Counted from the stretch's first letter, positions 47,887-58,621 are shown. The stretch: DNA of 64,000 nt from Candidatus Komeilibacteria bacterium (GCA_048538235.1 JBLYPX010000001.1:328013-392012); one strand, 5' to 3'. Program-made: numbers and translations. The notes: a model not told the origin generated them from the letters alone.

Positions 47887-47903
47887 TAAAATTATTTATT
47901 CAA

Positions 47904-49166
47904 TTAAGGTAAATAGTTTAATGGGTTAACAGGTATTCCGTTTTGTCTTATCTCTAAATGAAGATGAGGACCTGAAGTTAATGCACCTGCACCAGCTGTC
48001 CCAGGCATTCCCCCACTATATCCAATAATCTCACCCTGTACCACAAATGTATCCTCAGCTACTATCATCCTATTCATATGACCATATACTGAAGATATAC
48101 CTTCATTGTGTACAAGCATAATATAATTATATCCACCAGTACTACCAGTGTCTCTAACCTTAGCCACATAGCCAGATTTAACAGCTCTAACTGGTGTACC
48201 TTGAGGAGTTGAGCCAATATCTATAGCAGGATGTTCAAATATATGTCTATATGGATAATCTGGATCATGAAATGAAGCTGTAACACGTCTGGATGGTACT
48301 GGCCATATATAACCACTCTCAGAAGCTAAGAATTCTTCACCCTTTAATTCATACAATCTTTTACGAGCTTCTATTTCTAATGAATATATTTCATTATTAA
48401 TAGCTTGTTGCTCTGCTTTTAATTGAGCTACTAAATTAGCATACTTAGATTCCTCACCTTTAGTAGCAGCTAGTAAACTATCCTTTACAGATTTCTCACT
48501 ATCTAGCTTTTCTTTATTGGATGATAATCTATTATTTAAATCATCCAACTGATCATTCTTTTGAATAAGTAAATTCTTTTGTCTAGATAATTCATTCTTC
48601 TTATCTGTTAAAGATTCAAGTTCAACTTGCAGTCCAGCATGTATTTTATTTAATTCATTAATGTATGAAAAAAAATCTCCAATAGAACCTTTAGTAGAAA
48701 TAAAATTAGCAAGCTTACTTTGATGTGAATTAGTATTTAATGTTCTTAATAGACCAGTGATCTTATCTTCTTGTGAAGCTATACTTTCTTCATTCTCTTC
48801 TAAAACTAATTCTAATTGTTTAATTTGCAAGTTAACTGACTCTTTTTCCAAAGCTATGGTTTGTATTTCAATATTTATCTTAGCCCTAACTTGATCAATA
48901 TCATTTATCTGAGAGCTTAAGGTAGATATTTGTTGTCTAGATTTATTCAAATTCTGTTCATATATCTCCTTTTGCTTATTAAGCTCCTCTATTTGTCTTT
49001 GTTTGTCTTTAATGTCATCCTGCAGACCAGTTAATTCATCTGTAGATACAGCAATTGTTAAAGCTTGAACATTTGTAGATAAAATAAAAAGACTAATAAG
49101 AATTAGTCCAATAATACGTATGACTCCCCTTTTTTTTATTAGTTTTGTTTTTATTTTATTAACCAT
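47904..49166 (-). CDS. Coiled-coil M23 family peptidase (EnvC-like)
   Basis: Signal/TM, a long coiled coil and a C-terminal LytM/M23 domain (HLHLEIRQNG, GYSGGMPG). Start chosen at MVNKIK. Confidence 0.78.
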   Translation of the reverse strand: MVNKIKTKLIKKRGVIRIIGLILISLFILSTNVQALTIAVSTDELTGLQDDIKDKQRQIEELNKQKEIYEQNLNKSRQQISTLSSQINDIDQVRAKINIEIQTIALEKESVNLQIKQLELVLEENEESIASQEDKITGLLRTLNTNSHQSKLANFISTKGSIGDFFSYINELNKIHAGLQVELESLTDKKNELSRQKNLLIQKNDQLDDLNNRLSSNKEKLDSEKSVKDSLLAATKGEESKYANLVAQLKAEQQAINNEIYSLEIEARKRLYELKGEEFLASESGYIWPVPSRRVTASFHDPDYPYRHIFEHPAIDIGSTPQGTPVRAVKSGYVAKVRDTGSTGGYNYIMLVHNEGISSVYGHMNRMIVAEDTFVVQGEIIGYSGGMPGTAGAGALTSGPHLHLEIRQNGIPVNPLNYLP

Positions 49167-49186
49167 AAATATATTATAGCACAAAA

Positions 49187-50614
49187 CTACAACTTTTTCA
49201 AGGCTATATTTATTCTTCTAATAGATTCATCTTTACCAAGTTCTAATAATAGCTCAACTGGTGATTCACTCTTTTCCTTACCAGACAGTGCCATTCTTAT
49301 TGGCCAAAACACATCGCCATTACCTAAATTTGCTTCTTTAATAACTTCTTGTAGCTTTAATTGAATTAAGTTTTCATTCCATTTATTATCTTCAATAGCA
49401 GTTAATATTTCAAGAGCTAATTTTAATCCCTTAACCGTATCTTCTTTAGTACTTTTCTTAAAAATGAGTAATTCAGAATCATAATCTTCTAAATTAAAGA
49501 TGTGTGAAAATACTTCTGGTATTTCTGCAAAGTAAGATATTCTAGTATGTGCAGCAGAAGCTACAGCTTTAGTATACTTATCTATATCTATTTCAATATT
49601 CTTTTCTAAGTATTCTCTAGAAAGATTATAGAAAGTATCTAAGTCTAAATTTTGCATATACTGCAATCCAAACCAGTTTAATTTATCTAGGTCAAAGATA
49701 GCACCAGCTTTATTCATCTTATCTAAACTAAATTCTTTTTTAAGCTCATCCATGGTAAACATCTCTCTATCATTACCTGGATTCCAACCAAGCAAGGAAA
49801 TGAAATTAATAATAGCTGCTGGTAAATAGCCTTTGTTTAAATAATCTGAAGCTGCTACATCACCCTGTCTTTTACTTAATTTAGATCTATCTTTATTAAG
49901 TAATAATGGCATATGAGCAAAGGTTGGTAATTTCCAACTCAAGTATTTGTATAATAGTATATGTTTTGGTGTAGACGGTAACCACTCCTCACCTCTGACT
50001 ACATGAGTAACACCCATTTCGTAATCGTCAACAACAACTGCTAAATGATAAGTTGGAAAACCATCTGACTTCATAATAACTTGATCATCTAAATTAGCAG
50101 AGTTTATTGAAACGTGTCCGCGAATTGCATCATCGAATGATATATCTTCAGAAGCTGGCATTTTAAGTCTAATAACATATGGTTTATTAAGTTGATGCAT
50201 TCTTTTTACTTCATCTGCACTTAATTTACGACAATGGCCATCATATTTAGTTGGTTGTTTATTGGCTATCTGTTTTTCTCTAACTTCTGCAAGTCTCTCT
50301 GCTGAACAAAAACAATAGTATGCATTATTATCTTCAACTAATTTATCTGCATACTTTTTATAATTATCTAAATGCTCAGATTGATAATATGGTTTATTAT
50401 CTGGATGTATACCTAAGCTTTCTAAAGTTTCAATAATATTATCTACTGCACCTTCTACAAATCTAGATCTATCCGTATCTTCAATACGTAAGATAAACCT
50501 ACCCTTCTTTTGTTTAGCTAATAAATAGCTATAAAGGGCTGTTCTAAGACCACCAATATGTAGCATTCCAGTTGGTGATGGAGCAAATCTAGTTATTACT
50601 TTTTTCTTAAACAT
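49187..50614 (-). CDS. gltX: Glutamyl-tRNA synthetase
   Basis: Class I HIGH (MLHIGGLRTAL) and KMSKS-like (KLSKRQ) motifs. Confidence 0.9.
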   Translation of the reverse strand: MFKKKVITRFAPSPTGMLHIGGLRTALYSYLLAKQKKGRFILRIEDTDRSRFVEGAVDNIIETLESLGIHPDNKPYYQSEHLDNYKKYADKLVEDNNAYYCFCSAERLAEVREKQIANKQPTKYDGHCRKLSADEVKRMHQLNKPYVIRLKMPASEDISFDDAIRGHVSINSANLDDQVIMKSDGFPTYHLAVVVDDYEMGVTHVVRGEEWLPSTPKHILLYKYLSWKLPTFAHMPLLLNKDRSKLSKRQGDVAASDYLNKGYLPAAIINFISLLGWNPGNDREMFTMDELKKEFSLDKMNKAGAIFDLDKLNWFGLQYMQNLDLDTFYNLSREYLEKNIEIDIDKYTKAVASAAHTRISYFAEIPEVFSHIFNLEDYDSELLIFKKSTKEDTVKGLKLALEILTAIEDNKWNENLIQLKLQEVIKEANLGNGDVFWPIRMALSGKEKSESPVELLLELGKDESIRRINIALKKL

Positions 50615-50716
50615 TGTGCATATATTATATATTTATTACCTTTTTTAAGCAATAAATATTGACTTATAGAATATATAATGCTAAATTACTATCACTTTTA
50701 AATTATAGGAGGGATT

Positions 50717-51034
50717 ATGACCAGGTTAACAACCGCTTTACTTGAAGCTGGATTTATAGACATAACTGGTATGAATGAGGGGTCTATAAAATGCAGAAAT
50801 TTAGTACCTTTAAATCTTGCAGAAAAGCTATGTATGACAAAAACTGAAGGTGTTATTGGTGTCGTAGATAGTTATGGCCATACTTGGGTAAAACCAAATA
50901 TATTATCTACTACTGAAAAAACAGCTATTCAAAATATTGAGAAGCTGTTAAGAAGTAATAAGCAGATGAGGCGTGTACCATTTCAAGGAGATTTACAATT
51001 CCTGATGCAGGTTTGGCCACACAAGTATGATTAA
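50717..51034 (+). CDS. Hypothetical protein (105 aa)
   Basis: SD AGGAGGG then ATG. Own terminator. No recognisable motif. Confidence 0.45.
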   Translation: MTRLTTALLEAGFIDITGMNEGSIKCRNLVPLNLAEKLCMTKTEGVIGVVDSYGHTWVKPNILSTTEKTAIQNIEKLLRSNKQMRRVPFQGDLQFLMQVWPHKYD

Positions 51035-51040
51035 AAATTT

Positions 51041-51068
51041 AAAACTCTGGTTAAACCCAGAGTTTTCT
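51041..51068. terminator. Bidirectional intrinsic terminator
   Basis: AAACTCTGG-TTAAACC-CAGAGTTT flanked by A- and T-runs. Confidence 0.65.
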
Positions 51069-51816
51069 ATTTATCGTATCTAAAGTATAAGTACAGAAAC
51101 TTAAACACCGCATTATATATCCTCTTTATCCTACTCGGTTGTTTAATCAATCTGTAAAACCATTCAAGTCCAAGAGTTCTAAATATCTTAGGAGCTCTTT
51201 GAATAGTACCTGCTAAAAAGTCAAAAGTACCACCCAAGCCAATTGCTACTTTAACACTAGGCATTTTGTCTAAATACTCATCAATAAAAGCTTGAGCATA
51301 TGGTGCATTGTAAGCTACAAAAAGAATGGTTGGTTCCAATTGGTTAATATTACCTAAAATATTATTGTATTCATAAAGACTCGGCTCTTTAATATTTACA
51401 AACCCTGACATATATCCAACAATGTTTATGTTTGGATTAATCTGCTTTAATTTTTTAGAAGCTGCATAACCAATACCTTCTCTACCACCTAATAAATATA
51501 TCTTTTCTTTAGAAATGTATTCTTGTTTACAAAGCTCTGTTACTAAATCTATACCTGTACATCTTTTAAAAGAATAGCCCTTAAATAGTCCAGCAAGTTT
51601 AATACCAAAACCATCTACAGTATTATGACTACATCTATTTAAAATATCTTTAAACTCTTCATTGTAATGAGCATCAACCAAAAATTCAGGATTAACTGTA
51701 GCAATATGGTACTGGCCATTACTATTTAAATAATCCTGTATTTGATCAATAGTATGTGGCAAACTTAACCCATCTAATCTCACTCCTAATATCTTTTTCA
51801 TAATAATTCTATACAT
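51067..51816 (-). CDS. WecB/TagA/CpsF family glycosyltransferase
   Basis: TVDGFGIKLAG...LLGGREGIGY core typical of the GT26 family. Confidence 0.68.
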   Translation of the reverse strand: MYRIIMKKILGVRLDGLSLPHTIDQIQDYLNSNGQYHIATVNPEFLVDAHYNEEFKDILNRCSHNTVDGFGIKLAGLFKGYSFKRCTGIDLVTELCKQEYISKEKIYLLGGREGIGYAASKKLKQINPNINIVGYMSGFVNIKEPSLYEYNNILGNINQLEPTILFVAYNAPYAQAFIDEYLDKMPSVKVAIGLGGTFDFLAGTIQRAPKIFRTLGLEWFYRLIKQPSRIKRIYNAVFKFLYLYFRYDK

Positions 51817-51926
51817 TTACTGTTTAAAGCCTCGTATACGTCAATTTTAGCACTTTTAGAGGCATAATACCAGCTAAATATATGAATAATGTGGTATAAT
51901 ATTTGTATAAATATTAATAATTAAAA

Positions 51927-53336
51927 ATGAAACAAAAACTAATAGCTTTTTTAGGAATTATATTTTTAATATCTTCCTTTCCTTTTGCTGGTTTGGCTGT
52001 TACAACCTATGAAGATGCAGACCCTGCATATGATGAAGATTACATAATATCTGATGCTCATTTTACAGATCATGATTCAATGACATTAGAACAGATACAA
52101 GCCTTTTTAGAAGCTAGGGGTGTACTTGGAAATTATGTAGATCCACTAACACATATGACGGCTGCTTTTATTATTTACAATGAAGCTAAAACTTATGGCA
52201 TTAGCCCAAAGGTATTATTAACATTATTACAAAAAGAACAGAGTTTAGTTGAAGACGACTCTCCAAGTCAAAACCAATATGATTGGGCTACCGGGTATAG
52301 TTGTTATGCTGGTACCTGTGATGATGAATGGAAAGGTTTTTCTAGACAGGTTAAAGGTGCTGCTAGAAGATTTATGATTGGTTATTGGGATGATTTATCT
52401 ACTACTGGTTGTACTTTTACTAATTGGTGTATAAATGTAACTAAAAGAACTCAGGATGATATTTTAATTACACCTAGATCATTAGCAACTGCTGCTCTTT
52501 ATACATATAACCCATACAGGGGTAATACAGTAATGGATGGTATGAAGATTGGTGCAAATTATAATTTCTGGAAAATATGGAACAGATGGTTTTCTAATAC
52601 CTACCCGGATGGTTCGCTAGTTAAAGCTTCAAACGATAACAAGGTATATTTAATCCGTAATGGACAAAAAAGATGGATTACATCTTATGCAACACTTGTT
52701 ACTAGATATAATCCAGATTATATAATCACCATTGATCCGTCTGAACTTGCAGATTATGAAGAAGGTCCGGAAATTAAATTCCCACTATATGCTCTTGTTA
52801 AAACTCCAAATGGTTCAATCTATTTAATAGCTGATGATACAAAAAGGATGATTGTATCTTGGGAAGTATTTAGAACAATTGGATTTAATCCAGAAGAGGT
52901 TGAAGAGATATCCTTTAAAGATTTAGCTGGTATACCTTCAGGTAAAGCTTTAACACTATATGATGCCTATCCTGTTGGTGGTCTAGTGCAGTCAAAAACA
53001 ACAGATGATATATATTACATAGAAAGTGGTATTAAATACCCAGTTGTTAGTGAAAAGTTAGCTGAATTGCGCTTCCCTAGCTTAAGTATTACCACCATAG
53101 ATGATACAGAGCTAACTCAGTATGAAGAAGGTGATGTTGTTAAGTTAAGAGATGGTATTCTTGTTAAAACAGAAGATAGCTCCTCTGTTTATGTTATAGC
53201 TAATGGCATGAGAAGATTAATACCTTCTGAAGAAGTATTTAATAGTTATGGCTATAACTGGCTTAATGTTAAAACTATTTCTAGTGAACTAATGAACCTG
53301 CATCCATTGGGCGATAACCTAGAAGTTAAAGAATAA
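51927..53336 (+). CDS. Secreted protein with N-terminal putative glycoside-hydrolase-like region and four ~62-aa tandem repeats
   Basis: Signal peptide. Repeats are anchored on VYLIRNGQKRWITS, SIYLIADDTKRMIVS, DIYYIESGIKYPVVS and SVYVIANGMRRLIPS. Confidence 0.5.
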   Translation: MKQKLIAFLGIIFLISSFPFAGLAVTTYEDADPAYDEDYIISDAHFTDHDSMTLEQIQAFLEARGVLGNYVDPLTHMTAAFIIYNEAKTYGISPKVLLTLLQKEQSLVEDDSPSQNQYDWATGYSCYAGTCDDEWKGFSRQVKGAARRFMIGYWDDLSTTGCTFTNWCINVTKRTQDDILITPRSLATAALYTYNPYRGNTVMDGMKIGANYNFWKIWNRWFSNTYPDGSLVKASNDNKVYLIRNGQKRWITSYATLVTRYNPDYIITIDPSELADYEEGPEIKFPLYALVKTPNGSIYLIADDTKRMIVSWEVFRTIGFNPEEVEEISFKDLAGIPSGKALTLYDAYPVGGLVQSKTTDDIYYIESGIKYPVVSEKLAELRFPSLSITTIDDTELTQYEEGDVVKLRDGILVKTEDSSSVYVIANGMRRLIPSEEVFNSYGYNWLNVKTISSELMNLHPLGDNLEVKE

Positions 53337-53338
53337 TT

Positions 53339-54130
53339 ATGCCAATAAATTTTGCAGCTTTAGTACCACATCCCCCATTAACCATACCAACTATTGGTAA
53401 AGATAAAACTGAACTTGTTAAGAGTACAATCAATTCTTTTGAAACTTTAGCTGAAGAAATTTATCATGCTCAACTAGATACATTAATTATAATATCTGGC
53501 CACGGTCAAATACTAGATAGCGCTTTTTCTATTAATCACTCCCCTAAGTTGAATATAGATCTAACTAGTTTTGGAGATTTAACAAAGTACAATACTTTAA
53601 AGAATAATATTGGCTTGTCTTACCAAATACGTGAGTATATTGAAACAAGACTAGCATTAAATCTCTACAGTGAAGAAAACCTAGACTACGGTTCTGCTAT
53701 TCCCCTATTCTATCTAACAAAAAATTTACCAAAGGTTAAAGTAATACCAATAAATATTGCTAGCTTGAATTATGAGAAGCATGTACAACTTGGTGAATTT
53801 ATTAAAGAAGTATGTTTTAGATCAACAGATAAGATTGGAATTATAGCTTCCGCTGATCTTTCCCATAGATTAACAGATGATGCTCCGGGTGGCTTTTCAG
53901 AGCAAGGTAAAATTTTTGACAATTTAATTATTGAGTCATTAAAGGAAAAGAAATTGAATCAAATAATAAATATCTCACCAGAACTTGTTAAAGAAGCAGC
54001 TACTTGTGGCTTAAGATCACTACTTATTCTAATAGGTGCTATTAAAAACATGAACTATACAGCTGAGGTATTATCGTATGAAGCACCAATTGGTGTTGGT
54101 TATTTAACAGTAAACTTTAAACTAAATTAA
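53339..54130 (+). CDS. LigB-superfamily protein (MEMO1 / class III extradiol dioxygenase-like)
   Basis: VPHPPLTIP, IISGHGQ and ADLSHRL are residues of the metal-binding LigB fold. Confidence 0.45.
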   Translation: MPINFAALVPHPPLTIPTIGKDKTELVKSTINSFETLAEEIYHAQLDTLIIISGHGQILDSAFSINHSPKLNIDLTSFGDLTKYNTLKNNIGLSYQIREYIETRLALNLYSEENLDYGSAIPLFYLTKNLPKVKVIPINIASLNYEKHVQLGEFIKEVCFRSTDKIGIIASADLSHRLTDDAPGGFSEQGKIFDNLIIESLKEKKLNQIINISPELVKEAATCGLRSLLILIGAIKNMNYTAEVLSYEAPIGVGYLTVNFKLN

Positions 54131-54412
54131 ATGGATTCATTAAAAGATTTACTAAAATTAGACGAACGTGAAGAACAGCCAGATAAATGTCAGTATCCAT
54201 GGCAAGATTTAGCTAAAGAGATAGCTGAAAGTATTCCAGATACGAATAAGTATAAAAAAAGGAATGCTGTTTTTAAAGTTTGTAAACAAAATCCATCTGC
54301 TGCTGAAGCAGCTTTTAAAGATACAAAGGAATTAGGAAAGATGCATATATTGTACTTTTTTAAGACTTTCTATGAAATAGATAAAAGGCAAAAGACTGGA
54401 CAAGATAAGTAA
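54131..54412 (+). CDS. Hypothetical protein (93 aa)
   Basis: ORF contiguous with flanking genes. No recognisable motif. Confidence 0.35.
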   Translation: MDSLKDLLKLDEREEQPDKCQYPWQDLAKEIAESIPDTNKYKKRNAVFKVCKQNPSAAEAAFKDTKELGKMHILYFFKTFYEIDKRQKTGQDK

Positions 54413-54425
54413 ATTATACTAAGAT

Positions 54426-54923
54426 TTGCTTTACAAAATTATGATATTAAATGTACTAACATATCCAAATAAGTTTTTACGTACTAAAGGTAAAACTGTA
54501 CGTAATATCTTAGCTCCTGAAACACAGGAGTTTATTGCTAATTTAAAAGAGACTATGCTTAAAAAGGATGGTGTTGGACTAGCTGCTAGACAAGTTGGTA
54601 GAGAGGAAAATATTTTTGTAGTAAATATTGGCGCTTCTATTCTAACCTTTATTAATGCTAAGATTATTTTCAAATCTATGAATAAAATAGAGTTTGAAGA
54701 AGGTTGTCTATCTGTACCTAAGGTTTATGGTATGGTTAAAAGATCTAAATCTATTTTAATTAGCTATTATGATGAATTAGGCCAGTTCATAATTAAGAAG
54801 TTTACAGATATGCCAAGCATTGTTATACAACATGAGTATGATCATAATAGAGGTATATTATTTATAGATAAAGTCAATAAATTTACAAACGGCTTTGAAA
54901 ATATAAAAGATGTTAAAGAGTAA
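54426..54923 (+). CDS. def: Peptide deformylase
   Basis: Motifs EGCLSVP and QHEYDHNRG. Confidence 0.85.
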   Translation: MLYKIMILNVLTYPNKFLRTKGKTVRNILAPETQEFIANLKETMLKKDGVGLAARQVGREENIFVVNIGASILTFINAKIIFKSMNKIEFEEGCLSVPKVYGMVKRSKSILISYYDELGQFIIKKFTDMPSIVIQHEYDHNRGILFIDKVNKFTNGFENIKDVKE

Positions 54924-55839
54924 ACTAGTATTTCTATCTTCAGATAATATTGCTATCCCCTGTTTAGATAGTTTAAAAAAAGATTATGATGTTTTAGTAA
55001 TAACTAAAACAGATAAACAACAAAAAAGATCTTCTCAAAAAAAAGCTAATGACTTTGCTAGCTATTGTGAAGATAATAATTTAGATATTATTAAAATAGA
55101 TAAATTTACTGATGAGATAATAGATAAATTAAAAAACTATGCAGCTGAATACGCTGTCTGTTTTTCTTTTGGTTTAATTATTCCAAATAAAGTATTAGAT
55201 CTTTATCCTAATAAATTATTAAATGTACATCCTTCTAACTTACCAAAGTATAGAGGTCCTTCCCCTATTCAAGCAGCCCTACTTAATGGAGATACACAAA
55301 CTGCTATTTCTTTCATGATTATGGACGCTAAAATGGACGAAGGTGATGTTTTACAACAAATTAGTATAGATATTAAGCCTGAAGACAATTACACCACCTT
55401 AAGCAATAATATAGCTCAAATAGCTGGAGATAATATATCTAAAGTACTTGCAGATTATATGTCTGGTAGTATTAAACCTATGCCACAAACAGACAAGGCT
55501 ATTTATTGTAAAATGATTAAAAAAGAAGACGCTGAGATAGATTATTCTAAAACAGCTCAAGATATATATAATATGTACAGAGCATATTATGAATGGCCTA
55601 AACTATATACATATTGGAATGATAAAAAAATAATCTTAATTGAAATTGAGCTTAGTAGTCTTGTTAAAAAAAATATTGGAGATATATATACAGAAGATAA
55701 TAATGTATTATTACAACTTAAAGAAGGTTCTCTAATACTAAAAGAAATACAACTTGAGGGTAAAAAAAATATGCCTATTAAGGCATTTATTAACGGATAC
55801 AAAGAATTTATTAATTCAAATATTAATTCTTCTCAGTAA
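54910..55839 (+). CDS. fmt: Methionyl-tRNA formyltransferase
   Basis: HPSNLPKYRGPSPIQAALLNGD formyltransferase core. Overlaps def. Confidence 0.85.
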   Translation: MLKSKLVFLSSDNIAIPCLDSLKKDYDVLVITKTDKQQKRSSQKKANDFASYCEDNNLDIIKIDKFTDEIIDKLKNYAAEYAVCFSFGLIIPNKVLDLYPNKLLNVHPSNLPKYRGPSPIQAALLNGDTQTAISFMIMDAKMDEGDVLQQISIDIKPEDNYTTLSNNIAQIAGDNISKVLADYMSGSIKPMPQTDKAIYCKMIKKEDAEIDYSKTAQDIYNMYRAYYEWPKLYTYWNDKKIILIEIELSSLVKKNIGDIYTEDNNVLLQLKEGSLILKEIQLEGKKNMPIKAFINGYKEFINSNINSSQ

Positions 55840-57319
55840 CCCAAAAACCTAATCTAAACTTGCCACCCAACATTAATCTTGTTTGAGCATCTGTTGCTGG
55901 TATAGAACCAAATAAAATCATAGAGATTGGGAATACAAGCCACTGTACAACCATAATTAAATATTTGGTCCAGTGGTATTTTTTTGGTTTAACCGGAAGT
56001 ATGATTGTAGAAAATATAGCTGTAACTAGTAAACCAATCATACCAATACCCATAATTGTTTCTAAAATATATGGCGCTTGTTGAGCAATATATGTAGACT
56101 GTACTTGTTTGTCAGCCATCCATAAAGGCAACCTACCCATAATTAATATAATTAGTGGAGCGGTTGCCCACGAATATACACCCTCTGTCTGGTTCCATAA
56201 ATATCTTAACTTCTTAGTAAATGGAATAGACTTTTTCTTAGCAAAGTTCCAAGCCATGTATGGAAAATGCTCTACACCCCAAGCCCATCTTCTCATTTGC
56301 TTGTATTGATTAATTAAAGATTGGTAAAACTTACCCATATATACAGTATTCATAGAAACTGCTACATACATAGGCTTTACTTTGTAATCTCCATTATAGT
56401 AGATAAAACATTGTAAAAATATTCTAGAGTCTTCTGTTACAATATCTTTTTGCCAAAAACCAATATCTGTTAAAGCACGCCAACTCATTGAATGAGAAGA
56501 AAATGTAAATAGTCTTTCAGATCTTGCTAAATCTGTAAGTAACCAAAAAGTTGTTGAATTAGCAACAACTCTAGTTATGAAATTAGATTCCCAAATATTA
56601 TTATGGTAAAAAGCTAAAGGTTGGTATGAGTATCTAGTAGGATTCTCTGTTGTTAGATACTGGTATGTTAAATAACTAAAGTATTGCTCACTAACTTGTG
56701 TATCTACATCAAATGTTGAAACAATTATCTTATCATAATCCCAACCTTTTTCATCTACATATTTTTTAACTTGATGACCTGCATAATTTAAATTAGAACC
56801 TTTACCCGGCACTTCATCTGGTAAATCAGTTGGGTGAACAGTAATAATTAAATCTGCAAATACACCTTGGTACTTTCTTTCAATCTCACCTGCTATCTTT
56901 AAAAAGTTTTCTTCATCTCTACCTTCACCAGCAAGTACTAAAGTCATTTTATCTGCTGGATATTTAGCATTAGATAATATTTTAAAAGTCTCATCAATAA
57001 CACTAAAAGGTTCTTTGTAGGTTGGTAAGAATATAATATGATGATAATCTTTCCAATTTTTATCTTTAATAGTCTTTACCTTGGCCATCCAATCTATCTT
57101 AATATCTTTATGGTATCTAACCCAGGAGATCAGTAAAAAGACAAGCATATATGTAATTCTAGTAAACCAGTATAGATCAAAAGCTATTATGAAATATATA
57201 GCTGCTAAGGGATTTAAAATAGATAAACCTATACAAAAAATAAAAGTAATCCAGACAAGTATGCCCGGAAACATTTCAAGTAACCTATATAGATAGTAAT
57301 TCTTAGATTTGATCTTCAT
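55823..57319 (-). CDS. Membrane-embedded processive GT2 glycosyltransferase (cellulose/chitin synthase-like)
   Basis: D,D,D motifs and QMRRW (QxxRW), flanked by TM helices. Confidence 0.7.
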   Translation of the reverse strand: MKIKSKNYYLYRLLEMFPGILVWITFIFCIGLSILNPLAAIYFIIAFDLYWFTRITYMLVFLLISWVRYHKDIKIDWMAKVKTIKDKNWKDYHHIIFLPTYKEPFSVIDETFKILSNAKYPADKMTLVLAGEGRDEENFLKIAGEIERKYQGVFADLIITVHPTDLPDEVPGKGSNLNYAGHQVKKYVDEKGWDYDKIIVSTFDVDTQVSEQYFSYLTYQYLTTENPTRYSYQPLAFYHNNIWESNFITRVVANSTTFWLLTDLARSERLFTFSSHSMSWRALTDIGFWQKDIVTEDSRIFLQCFIYYNGDYKVKPMYVAVSMNTVYMGKFYQSLINQYKQMRRWAWGVEHFPYMAWNFAKKKSIPFTKKLRYLWNQTEGVYSWATAPLIILIMGRLPLWMADKQVQSTYIAQQAPYILETIMGIGMIGLLVTAIFSTIILPVKPKKYHWTKYLIMVVQWLVFPISMILFGSIPATDAQTRLMLGGKFRLGFWVTEKN

Positions 57320-57872
57320 TTTCTACTATTTGTGGCAATACATCATTAATAGATAAATCACCTACTCTTAGATACATATATTGTACTTTTGAGTCAGAAT
57401 TGTCAAATAAAATAGTATCTGGCAAATCATTATCATTTAAAAACACGCTTACATTTTCACCATACATCTCAGCTGCATAATAGCTAGTATTTTCTTTGTT
57501 ATTATAACTCAAGCCCTGTTTCATAGCACTTACTACCTGGTACGGATCATACTTAGTTAAAAAGTCGCTAAAATTACTACTAGGAGCCACTAATCTATCT
57601 TGATTATATACTTTTAAAGTGTCTGTACTTAAATCATAATAGAACTGTATTTGTTCGTCTTGTTGAAACTTAAGTAAGTTATCATACCTCCACAAAGTAT
57701 ATGTAACATTATCATAAGTCAATTTTACTTCATAATTATTTACAGGGTCTAAAACCAAACTATTTTCTTGAGTAACAACTCCCCCACTTTGCCAAGCTAA
57801 ATAAACAAATATTGCAATAAGTATTATTACAAAGAATATAAAACCTTTAATATTTGTTCCTTCTCTAAACAT
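57303..57872 (-). CDS. Membrane-anchored hypothetical protein
   Basis: N-terminal TM. Overlaps neighbours on both sides, which suggests an operon. Confidence 0.45.
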   Translation of the reverse strand: MFREGTNIKGFIFFVIILIAIFVYLAWQSGGVVTQENSLVLDPVNNYEVKLTYDNVTYTLWRYDNLLKFQQDEQIQFYYDLSTDTLKVYNQDRLVAPSSNFSDFLTKYDPYQVVSAMKQGLSYNNKENTSYYAAEMYGENVSVFLNDNDLPDTILFDNSDSKVQYMYLRVGDLSINDVLPQIVENEDQI

Positions 57873-58555
57873 TATTGAAGAATAATTTCATTAATCATAA
57901 TATCTTGTACTGGATGATCATTTGCTCCTGTTTCAACACCTTCAATCTGCTTTACAATATCCATACCGTCAATTACCTGACCAAAATTTGTATGCTTACC
58001 ATCAAGCCAAGGAGTACTCTCTGCTGTTACAATAAAGAATTGACTACCATTGGTATTAGCACCAGCATTAGCCATAGCAAGTGATCCGGCTATTAATTTA
58101 TGTGAATTAAACTCATCATTAAATCTATAATCTGGGCCGCCAGTTCCATGTCTTGAAACATCTGCTGTTTTAGATAATGGATCACCACCTTGAATCATAA
58201 AATCTTTAATAACTCTGTGGAATAATGTTCCGTTATAGAAACCCTTAGATGCTAAATACATAAAATTATTTACTGTTACTGGTGAATCATCACCATAGAA
58301 TTGAACGGTAATATCTCCTACATTAGTTTTAATTATTGCTTTTGAATAATCATTTAACAAATTAGGTTGATTCTCCGGGCTTAAAATTTGATCATCTGTC
58401 ATAGTTTTTTCATTTGAATTATTAGCTGCATTATTAGCAAGTTGCTCATACTTATTAGTTGTATCCTGTTCTGGAACAACAGATGTACTTGGCTCAGCAC
58501 TAGTACAACCAGTTAAAACTAGTAATAATACAAAGATAATAAGGATGTTTTTCAT
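57872..58555 (-). CDS. Cyclophilin-type peptidyl-prolyl isomerase, lipoprotein
   Basis: Lipobox LTGCTS. FHRVIKDFMIQGGDP cyclophilin core. Confidence 0.85.
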   Translation of the reverse strand: MKNILIIFVLLLVLTGCTSAEPSTSVVPEQDTTNKYEQLANNAANNSNEKTMTDDQILSPENQPNLLNDYSKAIIKTNVGDITVQFYGDDSPVTVNNFMYLASKGFYNGTLFHRVIKDFMIQGGDPLSKTADVSRHGTGGPDYRFNDEFNSHKLIAGSLAMANAGANTNGSQFFIVTAESTPWLDGKHTNFGQVIDGMDIVKQIEGVETGANDHPVQDIMINEIILQ

Positions 58556-58621
58556 AAATTATTTTTAATTATAATATACGCATTATAGCAGAAATATAGT
58601 CATATCAAAAGGCTTTTATTG

